A stretch of DNA of 64,000 bases. It comes from Alphaproteobacteria bacterium (GTDB lineage Bacteria > Pseudomonadota > Alphaproteobacteria > Bin95). Where the stretch lies: assembly GCA_963665325.3 (NCBI GenBank), contig CAXXWS020000002.1, positions 128,001 to 192,000 of the forward strand, in the 5' to 3' direction. Below the pieces are notes generated by a model that saw only the letters and a program-made list of their open reading frames with translations, did no database searches and was not told the origin of the DNA. Shown in pieces: positions 49,752 to 59,983 of the stretch (positions are counted from its first letter, which is position 1; every line of letters begins with the position of its first letter). The translations under genes and the position numbers were made by a program.

Positions 49752-51223
49752 GGCGCATCTCCCCGATCTTCGTCCTCGCCCGGACCGGGCGTCTTGTCAT
49801 GGGGCAGCCAGGCCGGCGGCAGGCCGGTTGCGGCCTGGGCGTCGAGCATGCCCTTGAGCAGCGGCGGAAGTTCCCCCGTCCCCGCGCCGCCATTGCCATC
49901 GTTGCCGCCGGGGCCGGCGGGACGGCGCACGCCATCGGCGTTGCCGCGCTTGTCGAGGGGGTACAGCGTGCACAGGCGCTCGCCGCCTCGACCGTCGATC
50001 AGATCGACGCTGGCGAGGTTCCAGCGCGCGTAACGGATCCAGGCCTCGCGCAGGTGGCGCCACGGCTGTGGCACCTGGTAGCGGATGCCCTCGACCGAGA
50101 CGGTGCCGTCCGAGCGCCTGAGCGTGCGCTTCCTGGTGATGCGGAAGGCCGCCTTGAGCTCGGCCGAGCCGGGGCAGGATCTCGACGCGTCGACGCTCCC
50201 GGCCAGGCGTTGATGCGGCGTCATGCCGAGCTCGCGGTGCTTGCGGCGGTGATAGTCCTGCTCCAGCCAGGCGATGGTGGCGTCGTTGAGCATCTTCAAG
50301 GTAAGCGCGTCGACGCCTTCGAGCTGAGCCATCAGGCGCGATTCGACCGTGCCCCAGAACGACTCGATCTTGCCGTTCTGATGGGGGCTGTAAGCGAGCG
50401 TCGTGACCCCCGCGATGCCGAGCCGGTGCAACCCCTCCTCGACCTCGCCCGCGGTCATCGCCGCGCCGTTGTCGGTCAGCAGGGACCTCGGCAGACCGCG
50501 CTTCATGAAGGCCTGGCAAAGGCCGTGGACGAACACCTCGGCGGTCTCGGCGAGGTACCACTGAAGGTGGCAGCCGAGGCGCGAGTGGTCGTCGAGGAAG
50601 CCGAGCAGGATCGGCGTCTTCCACTCGCCCGAGGCGGTCAGCACGCGACGCTTGGCGCTGTGCATGTCGGCGTGCCACAGGGCGTGAGAGCGCGAGACCT
50701 CGTAGCTCAATACCTCGCGGGCTTCGACCGCCGGCCTGGCCTCGCTCTCATGCCACTTGCGCCGGCGCTTGCGTACCAGCCCGCGAGCCCGCATCGCCCG
50801 GGTCAGCGTCGCGTAGGACGGTATCGGGCCGAGCTCGGGATCGGCCTCGACCCGCGCGGCCAGATTCTCGTGATGAAGCTGCGCCGACCACGACGGATGC
50901 GCCCGGTACTGCTCGTGCAGCGCCTCGATCAGCGTCGGCGACATCGCGCGCGGGCGCCCGGCATCGGCGCGCGGGCGCCGCTTGAGCGCCCCCACCGGAT
51001 CGTTGTCCGCCGCCCGCGCCTGGTAGTACCAGCGCTCGATCGTGGACACCGCGAAGCGCACCCGGCCCTTGCCGGACGGGTGATCCCACTCGCGTTCGGC
51101 AAGCCGCTCAAGCTCGGCGTGCAGCCGCCCCGCCGGCGGCGGCGAGGCCAGAAGCGGCCCGACCACCGCGAAGCGCAACCGCGCCCACCGGTCGCGACGC
51201 TCGCTCCCGTCGTTGCTGTTCAT
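49748..51223 (-). CDS. DDE transposase/integrase (rve core, N-terminal HTH, Mu-like C-terminus)
   Basis: LWHAD, DDHSR, LLTDNGA, NGKIESFW, DGTVSVEGIRY. Confidence 0.92.
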   Translation of the reverse strand: MNSNDGSERRDRWARLRFAVVGPLLASPPPAGRLHAELERLAEREWDHPSGKGRVRFAVSTIERWYYQARAADNDPVGALKRRPRADAGRPRAMSPTLIEALHEQYRAHPSWSAQLHHENLAARVEADPELGPIPSYATLTRAMRARGLVRKRRRKWHESEARPAVEAREVLSYEVSRSHALWHADMHSAKRRVLTASGEWKTPILLGFLDDHSRLGCHLQWYLAETAEVFVHGLCQAFMKRGLPRSLLTDNGAAMTAGEVEEGLHRLGIAGVTTLAYSPHQNGKIESFWGTVESRLMAQLEGVDALTLKMLNDATIAWLEQDYHRRKHRELGMTPHQRLAGSVDASRSCPGSAELKAAFRITRKRTLRRSDGTVSVEGIRYQVPQPWRHLREAWIRYARWNLASVDLIDGRGGERLCTLYPLDKRGNADGVRRPAGPGGNDGNGGAGTGELPPLLKGMLDAQAATGLPPAWLPHDKTPGPGEDEDRGDAP

Positions 51224-51271
51224 TCCGGCATCCCCCTCGCTGCTTCGTGGAGGTGCCGATGATGCGGTGCC

Positions 51272-51886
51272 CTATCCGTGCATCATAGAAACGCTTTCTG
51301 CGGGCGAAGCCGGACCTGCGCCGAGCGCGCAAAAGCCGGTCCACGGCATCAGCCAGACCAGGCTCCGCAGCAGCCGCGAGCGGAAGCCACGGCCCCGCAT
51401 GATGCGCAGCAGCCGGCGCAGCGGCGCCTCTTCGGGCGGCGCCGCCAGCTCGCCCCGTCTCGCCTGCCACTCCCGGGTCAGCGGGAAGGCTTCCAGCCAC
51501 CAGCGCCGCCAGCGCTTCAGCGTCGAGGCCGGAACCCCGCACCGCCGCGCGATCGTCTGCAACCGCGCGCCGCCGGCCACAGCCAGCGCACTCACCACAA
51601 GGAACAGCGCCCCGACGTAAAAGCGCCTGCCGAAGAAACGCACCGACGGCGGCTTCACGCGGCGTCGGCACACCGAACAGCACAGGCTGAAGCGCCGAAC
51701 GTCGTTCCGAAGATTCGCCGCCAGACCGTGCGGCTTGCGCGGGTAGCTCGCGCTGTGAAGCGCGCCGCCGCAGCGCGGGCAACCCGCCGCCCGGCACGCC
51801 TCCGCCTCGGCCGCGTCGACCTGCTTCAGAAAATCCCAAACCCGGGCGTTGGAGAGATTGGAGTGCCGGAACAGCTTGTGCGACAT
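51272..51886 (-). CDS. Zn-ribbon plus HTH protein, first gene of the element
   Basis: CPRCG...CCSVC and LQTIARRCGVPASTLKRWRRWW. Confidence 0.7.
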   Translation of the reverse strand: MSHKLFRHSNLSNARVWDFLKQVDAAEAEACRAAGCPRCGGALHSASYPRKPHGLAANLRNDVRRFSLCCSVCRRRVKPPSVRFFGRRFYVGALFLVVSALAVAGGARLQTIARRCGVPASTLKRWRRWWLEAFPLTREWQARRGELAAPPEEAPLRRLLRIMRGRGFRSRLLRSLVWLMPWTGFCALGAGPASPAESVSMMHG

Positions 51887-52032
51887 TGGGGCCGTCTCAG
51901 GTTGATGTCACTGTCACCGAGACAAGCCCTCCGGCGGCCTTCTTGCAAGATCGCCGGGGGCACCCAATCCAAAACCTCGATTAATCCGAGCCGATCAGCC
52001 CCTGATCGCCGCTGAAAGCCTGCGCCCGCTCA

Positions 52033-52924
52033 AGGGGATCACATTGGCGAGCCCGCAGACCTTGATGATGTCCGGCGCGTGGCCGCCGCCGGCTCCTTCG
52101 GTATGAAAGGCGTGGATCGTGCGGTCCTTGAAGGCGGCGACGGTGTGCTCGACGAAGCCCGACTCGTTGAGTGTGTCGGTATGGATCATCACCTGGACGT
52201 CCATCGCGTCGGCGACGCCGAGGCAGGTGTCGATGGCCGCGGGCGTTGTGCCCCAGTCCTCGTGGAGCTTGAGCGCGCACGCGCCCGCCCGCACCTGCTC
52301 CTCCAGCGCGGCCGGAAGGCTTGCGTTGCCCTTGCCCGCGAAGCCCAGGTTCATGGCGAAGCCGTCGGCCGCCTCGATCATGCGCTGCAGGTGCCAGGGA
52401 CCCGGCGTGCAGGTCGTGGCATTGGTGCCGGTCGCGGGACCGGTGCCGCCGCCCAGCATCGATGTGATGCCGGATGCGAGCGCCTCCTCGATCTGCTGCG
52501 GGCAGATGAAGTGGATATGGCAGTCGAAGCCGCCGGCGGTGACGATCTTGCCTTCGCCGGCGACGATCTCCGTGCCCGGACCGATGACGATGTCCACCCC
52601 GTCCTGGATATCGGGGTTGCCCGCCTTGCCGACCGCCTGGATACGTCCGTCCCGGATGCCGATATCCGCCTTGACGACACCCCAATGGTCGAGGATCAGC
52701 GCATTCGTCACCACCGTGTCGGCGGAGCCCTCGGCCCGCGTCGCCTGCGACTGGCCCATGCCGTCGCGGATAACCTTGCCACCCCCGAATTTGACCTCGT
52801 CGCCATAGGCGGTGAAGTCGCGCTCGACCTCGATGAACAGCTCGGTATCGGCGAGGCGGACCCGGTCGCCCACGGTCGGACCGAACATGTCTGCATAGTC
52901 GCGGCGGGGGATCGCGTAGGCCAT
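52033..52924 (-). pseudogene. ureC: Urease alpha subunit, 5' part (interrupted)
   Basis: [48 protein letters not shown], ending at ...ANVIP. Confidence 0.95.
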
Positions 52925-52925
52925 G

Positions 52926-53243
52926 TCAGCCCTCCCGGTCGAGCGCGCCCATGACCCGCCCGTTGAAGCCGAGGGCGCGCCGGACGCCGCGATAGGGAAC
53001 CAGCGTCGCCAGGCGTGTTTGACCCGGCTCGAAGCGCATGGCTGTGCCGGCCGGGATGTCGAGGCGCCACCCCCGCGCCTGTTCTCGATCGAATTGCAGC
53101 GCCGGATTAACTTCGAAGAAATGGAAATGGCTGCCGACCTGAACAGGCCGGTCGCCGCCGTTCGCAACCTCGATCTCCACAGTCTCGAGGCCCCGGTTGA
53201 GCAGGAGCTCGCCCTCGGCAGTCATAATTTCCCCCGGAATCAT
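52926..53243 (-). CDS. ureB: Urease beta subunit
   Basis: [32 protein letters not shown]. Confidence 0.97.
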   Translation of the reverse strand: MIPGEIMTAEGELLLNRGLETVEIEVANGGDRPVQVGSHFHFFEVNPALQFDREQARGWRLDIPAGTAMRFEPGQTRLATLVPYRGVRRALGFNGRVMGALDREG

Positions 53244-53253
53244 CGCATCCCCC

Positions 53254-53556
53254 TCAGCGGATCGGGTTGTGGACGGTGACCAGCTTTACCCCGTCGGGGA
53301 AGGTCGCCTCCACCTGCACGTCGTGGATCATCTCCGCCACGCCTTCCATCACCTGCTCCCGTGAGACGACATGGGCGCCGGCCTCCATCAGGTCGGCGAC
53401 GCGCCGCCCGTCTCGTGCGCCCTCCACCACGAAATCGGAGATCAGGGCAATGGCCTCCGGGTGATTGAGGCTGACGCCGCGCTCCAGCCGGCGACGGGCG
53501 ACGACGGCGGCCATGGCAACCAGCAGCTTGTCCTTTTCGCGTGGGGTAAGGCGCAT
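53254..53556 (-). CDS. ureA: Urease gamma subunit
   Basis: [33 protein letters not shown]; 100 aa. Confidence 0.97.
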   Translation of the reverse strand: MRLTPREKDKLLVAMAAVVARRRLERGVSLNHPEAIALISDFVVEGARDGRRVADLMEAGAHVVSREQVMEGVAEMIHDVQVEATFPDGVKLVTVHNPIR

Positions 53557-53573
53557 GAGAAATCCGTTCTCCT

Positions 53574-54434
53574 TCAACAAAGCCAGACGCGCGGCGCCAG
53601 GGCCGGGCGGTCGAATACGGACGCGCGCAAGGCACCCAGAAACTCGGCGAGCTCTCGCTTGAACGCACCGCCCTCCGGAGCCAGGAACCGCACCGCCACC
53701 AATCCCCTGACCGCGCTGGCGCCCGCGAATGCCGACATGCCCGACAGCAAGCGGCGCAGGTCTTCCAGGCGTTCCGCGGCATCGGGCGCCGCGTAGATCA
53801 GCGTCGCCGACACGCGCGCTCCGCGAAGGCCCGCTTCCGCCGCTGCAGCAGACTCGAATGCGCCGCTGCCGATGCGAAGCGCGTCCCGCCAGACCGGCCG
53901 GCCGTCCCGGTCGATCCGCCAACGGTCGGCAAGGCCGCCGCTCACCATCCGCTCGCCATGCGCGGCGCGCCCGAACACAAGCGTCTCGACAGCCAGCAGC
54001 CGTGCATCGTCCGCCATGTCCACCTCGATCCGCCGCCGGAGCCGCGCGCCGTCGAAAAGGATCGTTTCCTGCGGCAGCCATTCGAGCGTGGTGCCGGGCC
54101 CGAGAGTGAGTCGTGTCGTCCACTCGGCCGGCGCGTCTATGGCGCGGTACACTTTCTCCGCCGCCTGGCCGGAAACAACGGCCTCCGCGCCAGGCCCGAC
54201 TGCGACACCGACTTCGCACCGGTCTCCCCCGGCAATGCCGCCCGCCAGATTGGCAATCACCGCTTCCGGGACGCCGTTCACGGCTCGCGGCGTCAGTATC
54301 CGCATCGGCGCTCGGGAATAGCGCTCGACAAGCGCACTGCGGCCGTCCCGCGCTTCGAAGCGCAGCAGGGCCCGACCCCGGCTCCGCTGGAGCACAAGGT
54401 CAGACGCTGAGGCGACGCTGCAGATCGTCTTCAT
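53574..54434 (-). CDS. ureD: Urease accessory protein
   Basis: [30 protein letters not shown]. Confidence 0.93.
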   Translation of the reverse strand: MKTICSVASASDLVLQRSRGRALLRFEARDGRSALVERYSRAPMRILTPRAVNGVPEAVIANLAGGIAGGDRCEVGVAVGPGAEAVVSGQAAEKVYRAIDAPAEWTTRLTLGPGTTLEWLPQETILFDGARLRRRIEVDMADDARLLAVETLVFGRAAHGERMVSGGLADRWRIDRDGRPVWRDALRIGSGAFESAAAAEAGLRGARVSATLIYAAPDAAERLEDLRRLLSGMSAFAGASAVRGLVAVRFLAPEGGAFKRELAEFLGALRASVFDRPALAPRVWLC

Positions 54435-55095
54435 CGAGATCCTCCGGACGGCCTTGCATGACGACTTCGCCCCGGTCCATGACTACGAACATGTCGGCAA
54501 GTTCACGGGCAAAGTCGAAAAACTGTTCGACAAGCAGGATCGCGATATCGCCCCGGCCGGCCAGTTGTGAAATCGCCGCGCCGATCTGCTTGATGATCGA
54601 GGGCTGGATGCCTTCGGTCGGCTCGTCCAGCACCAGAAGACGCGGGCGGGTCGCCAGCGCGCGACCGATCGCCAGTTGCTGCTGCTGCCCGCCGGAGAGA
54701 TCGCCGCCGCGCCGGCGCAGCATGTCCCGCAATACGGGGAACAATGCGAAGATTTCTTCGGGTACCGTGCGCTCGGCGCGGGGCAGCATGCCGAGGCCGG
54801 TCTTCAGATTCTCCTCGACGGTGAGCAACGGAAACACTTCCCGCCCCTGTGGCACCAGCGCGATACCCGCGCGGGCGCGTTCGGCCGTCGTCAGCCGGGT
54901 TATTTCCGCACCTTCCCATTCCACGCTGCCCCGGCGCAGCGGCACATGGCCGACGAGTCCCCGGATCAGACTTGTCTTGCCGACGCCGTTGCGCCCCAGC
55001 AGGCAGGTCACCTCGCCTTTGCGCGCCGTGAGCGACACGCCCTTGAGCGCCTGGCTCGCGCCGTAATAGAGGTCGGCGTCCCGGACCGTCAGCAT
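54400..55095 (-). CDS. urtE: Urea ABC transporter ATP-binding subunit
   Basis: GRNGVGKT, LSGGQQQQLAI, DEPTEGIQPSII. Confidence 0.93.
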   Translation of the reverse strand: MLTVRDADLYYGASQALKGVSLTARKGEVTCLLGRNGVGKTSLIRGLVGHVPLRRGSVEWEGAEITRLTTAERARAGIALVPQGREVFPLLTVEENLKTGLGMLPRAERTVPEEIFALFPVLRDMLRRRGGDLSGGQQQQLAIGRALATRPRLLVLDEPTEGIQPSIIKQIGAAISQLAGRGDIAILLVEQFFDFARELADMFVVMDRGEVVMQGRPEDLDEDDLQRRLSV

Positions 55096-55110
55096 GGCTC
55101 CCCCATCGCC

Positions 55111-55872
55111 TCAACGCCCCAGATAGACTTCGATAACGGCTTCATTGGCGGATACAGCGTCGAGCGTTCCTTCCGCCAGCATCGCCCCCTCATGGAGCGC
55201 CGTTACCCGGCAATCGAGGGCGCGCACGAACTCCATGTCGTGCTCCACCACGATCACGGAGCGGTCACCGCCTGCGATGCGCTTCAACAGGCTCGCCGTC
55301 CGCATGGTCTCGGCATCGGTCATGCCCGCGGCAGGCTCGTCGATCAGCAGGATGCTGGGGTCCTGGACAAGCAGCATTCCGATTTCCAACCATTGCTTCT
55401 GCCCGTGGCTCAGCAGGCCGGCCCGGTCGTCGGCCCGGTCCCGGAGCGCGATCAGCTCCAGCACTTCTTCGATCCGTCGGCGCCGGTCGGACGACAGCCT
55501 TGCAAACAGCGTCCACCTAGCGCGGCGATCTGCCCGGCAGGCGAGCTCCAGGTTTTCGAACACGCTGTGCGCCTCGAACACGGTCGGCCGCTGGAACTTC
55601 CTGCCGATGCCGAGCCCGGCGATGGCGGCTTCGTCGAGCCTCGTCAGGTCGTGGCGGCCGTGCAACAGAACCTGCCCTTCATCCGGCCGCGTCTTGCCGG
55701 TAATGACATCCATCATTGTCGACTTGCCGGCGCCGTTAGGCCCGATGACAGCGCGCAGCTCGCCCGGCTCCAGATAGAGGCCGAGCCGGTTGAGCGCCTT
55801 GAAGCCGTCGAAACTGACGGTGACGGCATCGAGATAGAGCGCGGCGTTGCTGACTGAAGGATGCTCAACCAT
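55111..55872 (-). CDS. urtD: Urea ABC transporter ATP-binding subunit
   Basis: SFDGFKA, GPNGAGKS, GRKFQ, LSHGQKQWLEIG. Confidence 0.93.
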   Translation of the reverse strand: MVEHPSVSNAALYLDAVTVSFDGFKALNRLGLYLEPGELRAVIGPNGAGKSTMMDVITGKTRPDEGQVLLHGRHDLTRLDEAAIAGLGIGRKFQRPTVFEAHSVFENLELACRADRRARWTLFARLSSDRRRRIEEVLELIALRDRADDRAGLLSHGQKQWLEIGMLLVQDPSILLIDEPAAGMTDAETMRTASLLKRIAGGDRSVIVVEHDMEFVRALDCRVTALHEGAMLAEGTLDAVSANEAVIEVYLGR

Positions 55873-56962
55873 CGCTGCCCCGCCTTGCCTGCCAGCGGAC
55901 GCGCAGGCTCGCGATTTCTCCGAGAACGCCCTTGGGGACGAACAGGGTGACGGCGATGAACAGGCCGCCGAGCACGAACAGCCACATCTCCGGGGCGGCG
56001 CCCGTCAGGAAGGTCTTGGCGTAGTTGACGAGAACCGCCCCGAGCGCCGCGCCGATCAGCGTGCCCCGGCCGCCCACGGCCACCCAGATGACGATCTCGA
56101 TGGAGTTGGCGGGCGAGAACTCGCTCGGGTTGATGATGCCGACCTGGGGAACGTAGAGCGCCCCCGCTGCCCCGGCCATCATGGCCGAGACGGTGAAAAC
56201 GAGGATCTTGTAGTGCTCGGGCCGGTAGCCGAGAAAGCGCGTCCGCTGCTCCGCATCGCGCACCGCGACAAGCACGCGCCCGAATTTCCCGACCGTCATC
56301 CAGCGGCAAAGCAGGTAGCCCCCGGCCAGCGCAGCGGCGGACGCGAGCAGCAGGCCCGCGCGCATCCCGGCGCCCTTCAGGTCGTGACCGAACAGATCCT
56401 TGAAGTCGGTGAGTCCGTTATTGCCGCCGAAGCCCATGTCGTTGCGGAAGAAGGCGAGCATCAGCGCGAAGGTCATCGCCTGGCTGATGATCGACAGATA
56501 GACGCCGGTGACGCGGCTGCGAAAGGTGAGCCAGCCGAACAGGAACGCGAGCGCTCCGGGCACGGCCAGGCACATGGGGAGCGCGAACCAGGCCGAATCG
56601 AAGCCGTGCCAGTACCAGGGCAGTTCCTTCCAGTCGAGGAACACCATGAAGTCCGGCAGCACAGGATGCCCATAGACCCCGCGCTCGCCGATCTGGCGCA
56701 TCAGGTGCATGCCCATCGCGTAGCCGCCGAGCGCAAAGAACGCGCCGTGCCCGAGGCTCAGGATGCCGGCGAATCCCCAGACGAGATCGACGCTGAGCGC
56801 CAGCAGCGCGAAGCAGAGATACTTGCCGATGAGCCCGACCATGTAGTTGGGCACATGCAATGCCGAGCTTTCCGGCAGGGACAGGTTGAGCGCCGCCGCG
56901 CCGCCCGCCAGCACGGCGAGGGCCACCAGAAAGATGCGTCCCTTGAGGTCGAGCCACGCCAC
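55865..56962 (-). CDS. urtC: Urea ABC transporter permease
   Basis: WGFAGILSLGHG, LPDFM, GGNNGLTDF, VAVGGRGTL. Confidence 0.93.
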   Translation of the reverse strand: MAWLDLKGRIFLVALAVLAGGAAALNLSLPESSALHVPNYMVGLIGKYLCFALLALSVDLVWGFAGILSLGHGAFFALGGYAMGMHLMRQIGERGVYGHPVLPDFMVFLDWKELPWYWHGFDSAWFALPMCLAVPGALAFLFGWLTFRSRVTGVYLSIISQAMTFALMLAFFRNDMGFGGNNGLTDFKDLFGHDLKGAGMRAGLLLASAAALAGGYLLCRWMTVGKFGRVLVAVRDAEQRTRFLGYRPEHYKILVFTVSAMMAGAAGALYVPQVGIINPSEFSPANSIEIVIWVAVGGRGTLIGAALGAVLVNYAKTFLTGAAPEMWLFVLGGLFIAVTLFVPKGVLGEIASLRVRWQARRGSDG

Positions 56963-56965
56963 GGC

Positions 56966-58600
56966 TCAGAGCTCCGCTGCCCGGCCGCGCATGGCGAAGA
57001 GGCCCTGCGGACGCCGCTGGATGAACAGGATCAGGGCGACCAGCACGACGATCTTGCCGAGCACGGCGCCGGAGAAGGGTTCGATGAACTTGTTGACGAT
57101 GCCGAGCGACATGGCGCCGACGAGCACGCCCCAAAGATTGCCGACACCGCCGAACACGATGACCATGAAGCTGTCGACGATATAGGCCTGGCCCAGATTG
57201 GGGCTCACATTGTCGATCTGGCTGAGAGCGACGCCCGCCATGCCCGCCACGCCGGAACCGAGCGCGAAGGTCATGCAGTCCACATTGCGCGAGCGGATGC
57301 CCATGGCGTTGGCCATCGGGCGGTTCTGGGTAACCGCCCGCATTTCGAGCCCGAAGGTCGTGTAGCGGATGACAGCCATGACCGCGGCCAGCACGGCCAG
57401 CGAGAACAGGATGATCCAGATGCGGTTGTAGGTGATGGCCACGCCGCCGGCGAGCTCGACAGCGCCGCTCATCCACTCGGGATTGCCGACCTCACGGTTT
57501 GTTGGCCCGAAGATCGAACGGACCGCCTGGCGCAGGACGAGGCTCACGCCCCAGGTGGCCAGCAGGGTTTCCAGCGGGCGCCCGTAGAGCCAGCGGATGA
57601 CGGATCGTTCCAGACCGGCGCCGAGCCCCGCCGCAGCAAGGAACGCCACCGGCACCGCGACGGCAAGCGACAGGCCGAAAAGCTCCGGAGCAAAGGTGCG
57701 GAACAGCTCCTGCACGACAAAGGTGGCATAGGCGCCGACCATCACCATCTCGCCATGCGCCATGTTGATGACGCCCATGACGCCGAAAGTGATTGCGAGG
57801 CCCACCGCCGCCAACAGCAGGACCGAGCCCAGGCTGATGCCCTGGAACACCGCGCCGAACTGGCGGTAGAGCTCCAGCCGATTCTCGATCTCTTCCAGGG
57901 CCGTGCGCGCGGCTTCCCGGACGGCGGGGTTGGCTTGCGCATCGCCGACGACCCGCCCCAGGAGGGCGCGCGCCTCCGGCGCCTCGCTCGCGCCCAGCCG
58001 CCCGGCGGCCGCCACCCGGACCGGCGGAGGCGAATCCCGACCGATATCGACCGCCGCAAGCGCGAGCTCCATGGCGGCCCGCACATCCGCATCCGCTTCC
58101 CTGTCGAACGCCGCAGCCAGCAGCGGACGGAGGCCGGGATCGGCGGACTTCAACAGGCCGGCCGCTGCATCCAGGCGCTTTGCACGGTCGGGATGTGTGA
58201 GGTTGAGCCCGGCGAGCGCCGTGCGGATCGCCCGCCTCAGCCGGTTGTTGACCTTGACCTTCTTCAGCACCCTCGACCGCGCCGAACCGGCCTGCTCTCC
58301 GGAAACCGGGTCGAACAGGTCGAGTTCCCGGCCCCTCTTGGCCACGACGAACAGCCGCCCGTCTTCCTTGCGGTAGTAGAGCTTGCCGTCGACCATGGCC
58401 GAGAGCATCGGCGCAGCAGCCGGATGCCCGGACGCCGCGAGCGCCTCCACGCCCGCCATGCGCTTCTTGGCAGATTTCCCGGTCAGCAGCACGAGAGCCG
58501 CCTCGAATCCCTCGGACGCACTGCCGCCGCCGGGAGCCAGACAGGCTCCGGCGGCGAACAGCACCAGGATCAGACGGAAGATTGCGTTGCGAACCGCCAA
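56966..58600 (-). CDS. urtB: Urea ABC transporter permease (start approximate)
   Basis: NNRLR N-terminal domain, GLAITFGVMGVINMAHGE, LYGRPLETLLATWG. Confidence 0.93.
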   Translation of the reverse strand: MAVRNAIFRLILVLFAAGACLAPGGGSASEGFEAALVLLTGKSAKKRMAGVEALAASGHPAAAPMLSAMVDGKLYYRKEDGRLFVVAKRGRELDLFDPVSGEQAGSARSRVLKKVKVNNRLRRAIRTALAGLNLTHPDRAKRLDAAAGLLKSADPGLRPLLAAAFDREADADVRAAMELALAAVDIGRDSPPPVRVAAAGRLGASEAPEARALLGRVVGDAQANPAVREAARTALEEIENRLELYRQFGAVFQGISLGSVLLLAAVGLAITFGVMGVINMAHGEMVMVGAYATFVVQELFRTFAPELFGLSLAVAVPVAFLAAAGLGAGLERSVIRWLYGRPLETLLATWGVSLVLRQAVRSIFGPTNREVGNPEWMSGAVELAGGVAITYNRIWIILFSLAVLAAVMAVIRYTTFGLEMRAVTQNRPMANAMGIRSRNVDCMTFALGSGVAGMAGVALSQIDNVSPNLGQAYIVDSFMVIVFGGVGNLWGVLVGAMSLGIVNKFIEPFSGAVLGKIVVLVALILFIQRRPQGLFAMRGRAAEL

Positions 58601-58622
58601 GGCTCCACACCTCGCATCGAGG

Positions 58623-58651
58623 AAAAATTGCGGCGGCCGAAGCCGCCGCAA
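58623..58651 (-). terminator. Stem-loop between urtA and urtB (attenuator or mRNA stabiliser)
   Basis: ttgcggcggc-ttcg-gccgccgcaa followed by TTTTT on the minus strand. Confidence 0.65.
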
Positions 58652-58657
58652 TCCCGA

Positions 58658-59941
58658 TCAGAACATCGGCTTTTCGCAGTTGCCGCAGACCCAGGGATAG
58701 GTCCAGTCCGCGGTGAGCCTGGCGCTTTCCGGAATATAGTCGGACCAGGCATCGCCTACGACCGGGCCGTCGGTCTGCCAGACGATCTCGAACTGCCCGT
58801 CGTCCTGCACCTCGCCGATCAGCACCGGCTTGGAGAGGTGGTGGTTGACATTCATCAACGCCGTGGTGCCGGTAAGCGACTTGGCGGTCTGGCCGTACAT
58901 GGCCTGCCGGACCGCATCGACATCGGTGGTTCCGGCCTGCTTCACAGCCTGCGCCCACATCCTGAAGCCGATATAGTGGGCCTCCATCGGGTCGTTGGTG
59001 ACACGGTCCTCATCGCCGATGAACGCATGCCATTTCTCGATGAATGCCTCATTCTCGGGCGTCTCGACCGACATGAAGTAGTTCCATGCGGCGAGATGGC
59101 CGACCAGTGGGCTGGTATCGATGCCTGCAAGCTCCTCCTCGCCGACCGAGAACGCGACCACGGGCAGGTCTTCGGCCATCACGCCCTGGTTCGCCAGTTC
59201 CTTGTAAAAGGGCACATTGGCGTCGCCGTTGATCGTCGAGACGATGGCGGTCTTCTTGCCTTCGCTGGCGAAGGACCGGACCTTCGAGACGATGGTCTGC
59301 CAGTCGGAATGACCGAAGGGCGTGTATTCCTCAAGGATGTCCTCGTCGGAAATGCCCCTGGAATGCAGGAAGGCGCGCAGGATCTTGTTGGTCGTGCGCG
59401 GATAGACATAGTCGGTGCCGAGCAGGGCGAAGCGCTCGGCGCTGCCGCCGTCCTCGCTCATCAGATATTCGACGGCCGGAATTGCCTGCTGGTTGGGCGC
59501 CGCTCCCGTATAGAAAACGTTGCGGGAGGACTCCTCGCCCTCATACTGGACCGGATAGAACAGGAGGCCGTTCAACTCCTCGAACACCGGCAGCACCGAC
59601 TTGCGGCTGACCGAGGTCCAGCAGCCGAAGATGACGGCGACCTTGTCCTTCTCGATCAGCTCGCGCGCCTTCTCGGCGAAAAGCGGCCAGTCCGACGCCG
59701 GATCGACCACGACAGGCTCCACCTGCTTGCCGAGCAGGCCGCCAGCCTTGTTGACGTCATCGATGAGCATCAGCATGGCGTCTTTCAGCGTCGTCTCGCT
59801 GATCGCCATCGTGCCCGAAAGGGAATGCAGGATTCCGACCTTGATCGTCTCGGCCATCGCAGGCGCCGCCGAGACCATTGCCGCCCCGGCGAAAAGGCCG
59901 GCTGCCGCCAGGCCCCGAATGCGGCTCGTCATCGTCTTCAT
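58658..59941 (-). CDS. urtA: Urea ABC transporter substrate-binding protein
   Basis: GILHSLSGTMAISE, FGCWTSVSRK, YPVQYEG, DYVYPRTTN. Confidence 0.95.
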   Translation of the reverse strand: MKTMTSRIRGLAAAGLFAGAAMVSAAPAMAETIKVGILHSLSGTMAISETTLKDAMLMLIDDVNKAGGLLGKQVEPVVVDPASDWPLFAEKARELIEKDKVAVIFGCWTSVSRKSVLPVFEELNGLLFYPVQYEGEESSRNVFYTGAAPNQQAIPAVEYLMSEDGGSAERFALLGTDYVYPRTTNKILRAFLHSRGISDEDILEEYTPFGHSDWQTIVSKVRSFASEGKKTAIVSTINGDANVPFYKELANQGVMAEDLPVVAFSVGEEELAGIDTSPLVGHLAAWNYFMSVETPENEAFIEKWHAFIGDEDRVTNDPMEAHYIGFRMWAQAVKQAGTTDVDAVRQAMYGQTAKSLTGTTALMNVNHHLSKPVLIGEVQDDGQFEIVWQTDGPVVGDAWSDYIPESARLTADWTYPWVCGNCEKPMF

Positions 59942-59983
59942 AGCGTTTCAACTCCACGCACAGGTTTGCACTGCAACATGAGA

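Larger units (their letters stand above)
47650..52032 (-). mobile_element. 4383-bp four-gene DDE transposon inserted in ureC
   Basis: Ends TGAG...CTCA with weak terminal inverted repeats; AGGG duplicated at 47646-47649 and 52033-52036; removing the element and one AGGG restores a 1698-bp in-frame ureC. Confidence 0.93.

Noticed and set aside
47650-52032. Group II intron or intein in ureC
   Set aside because: No reverse transcriptase/maturase, no GUGYG...AY ends and no in-frame intein; the DDE transposase and target duplication indicate a DNA transposon.
47650-52032. CRISPR-associated or Tn7-type targeted transposon
   Set aside because: No Cas genes, array, TnsA or recognisable TniQ/TnsD, and the duplication is 4 bp rather than 5 bp.
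46840-52924. Naturally split two-chain UreC
   Set aside because: The break is explained by an insertion with a target duplication. The 3' ORF starts at an internal Met and would omit the SSTNPTRP segment.
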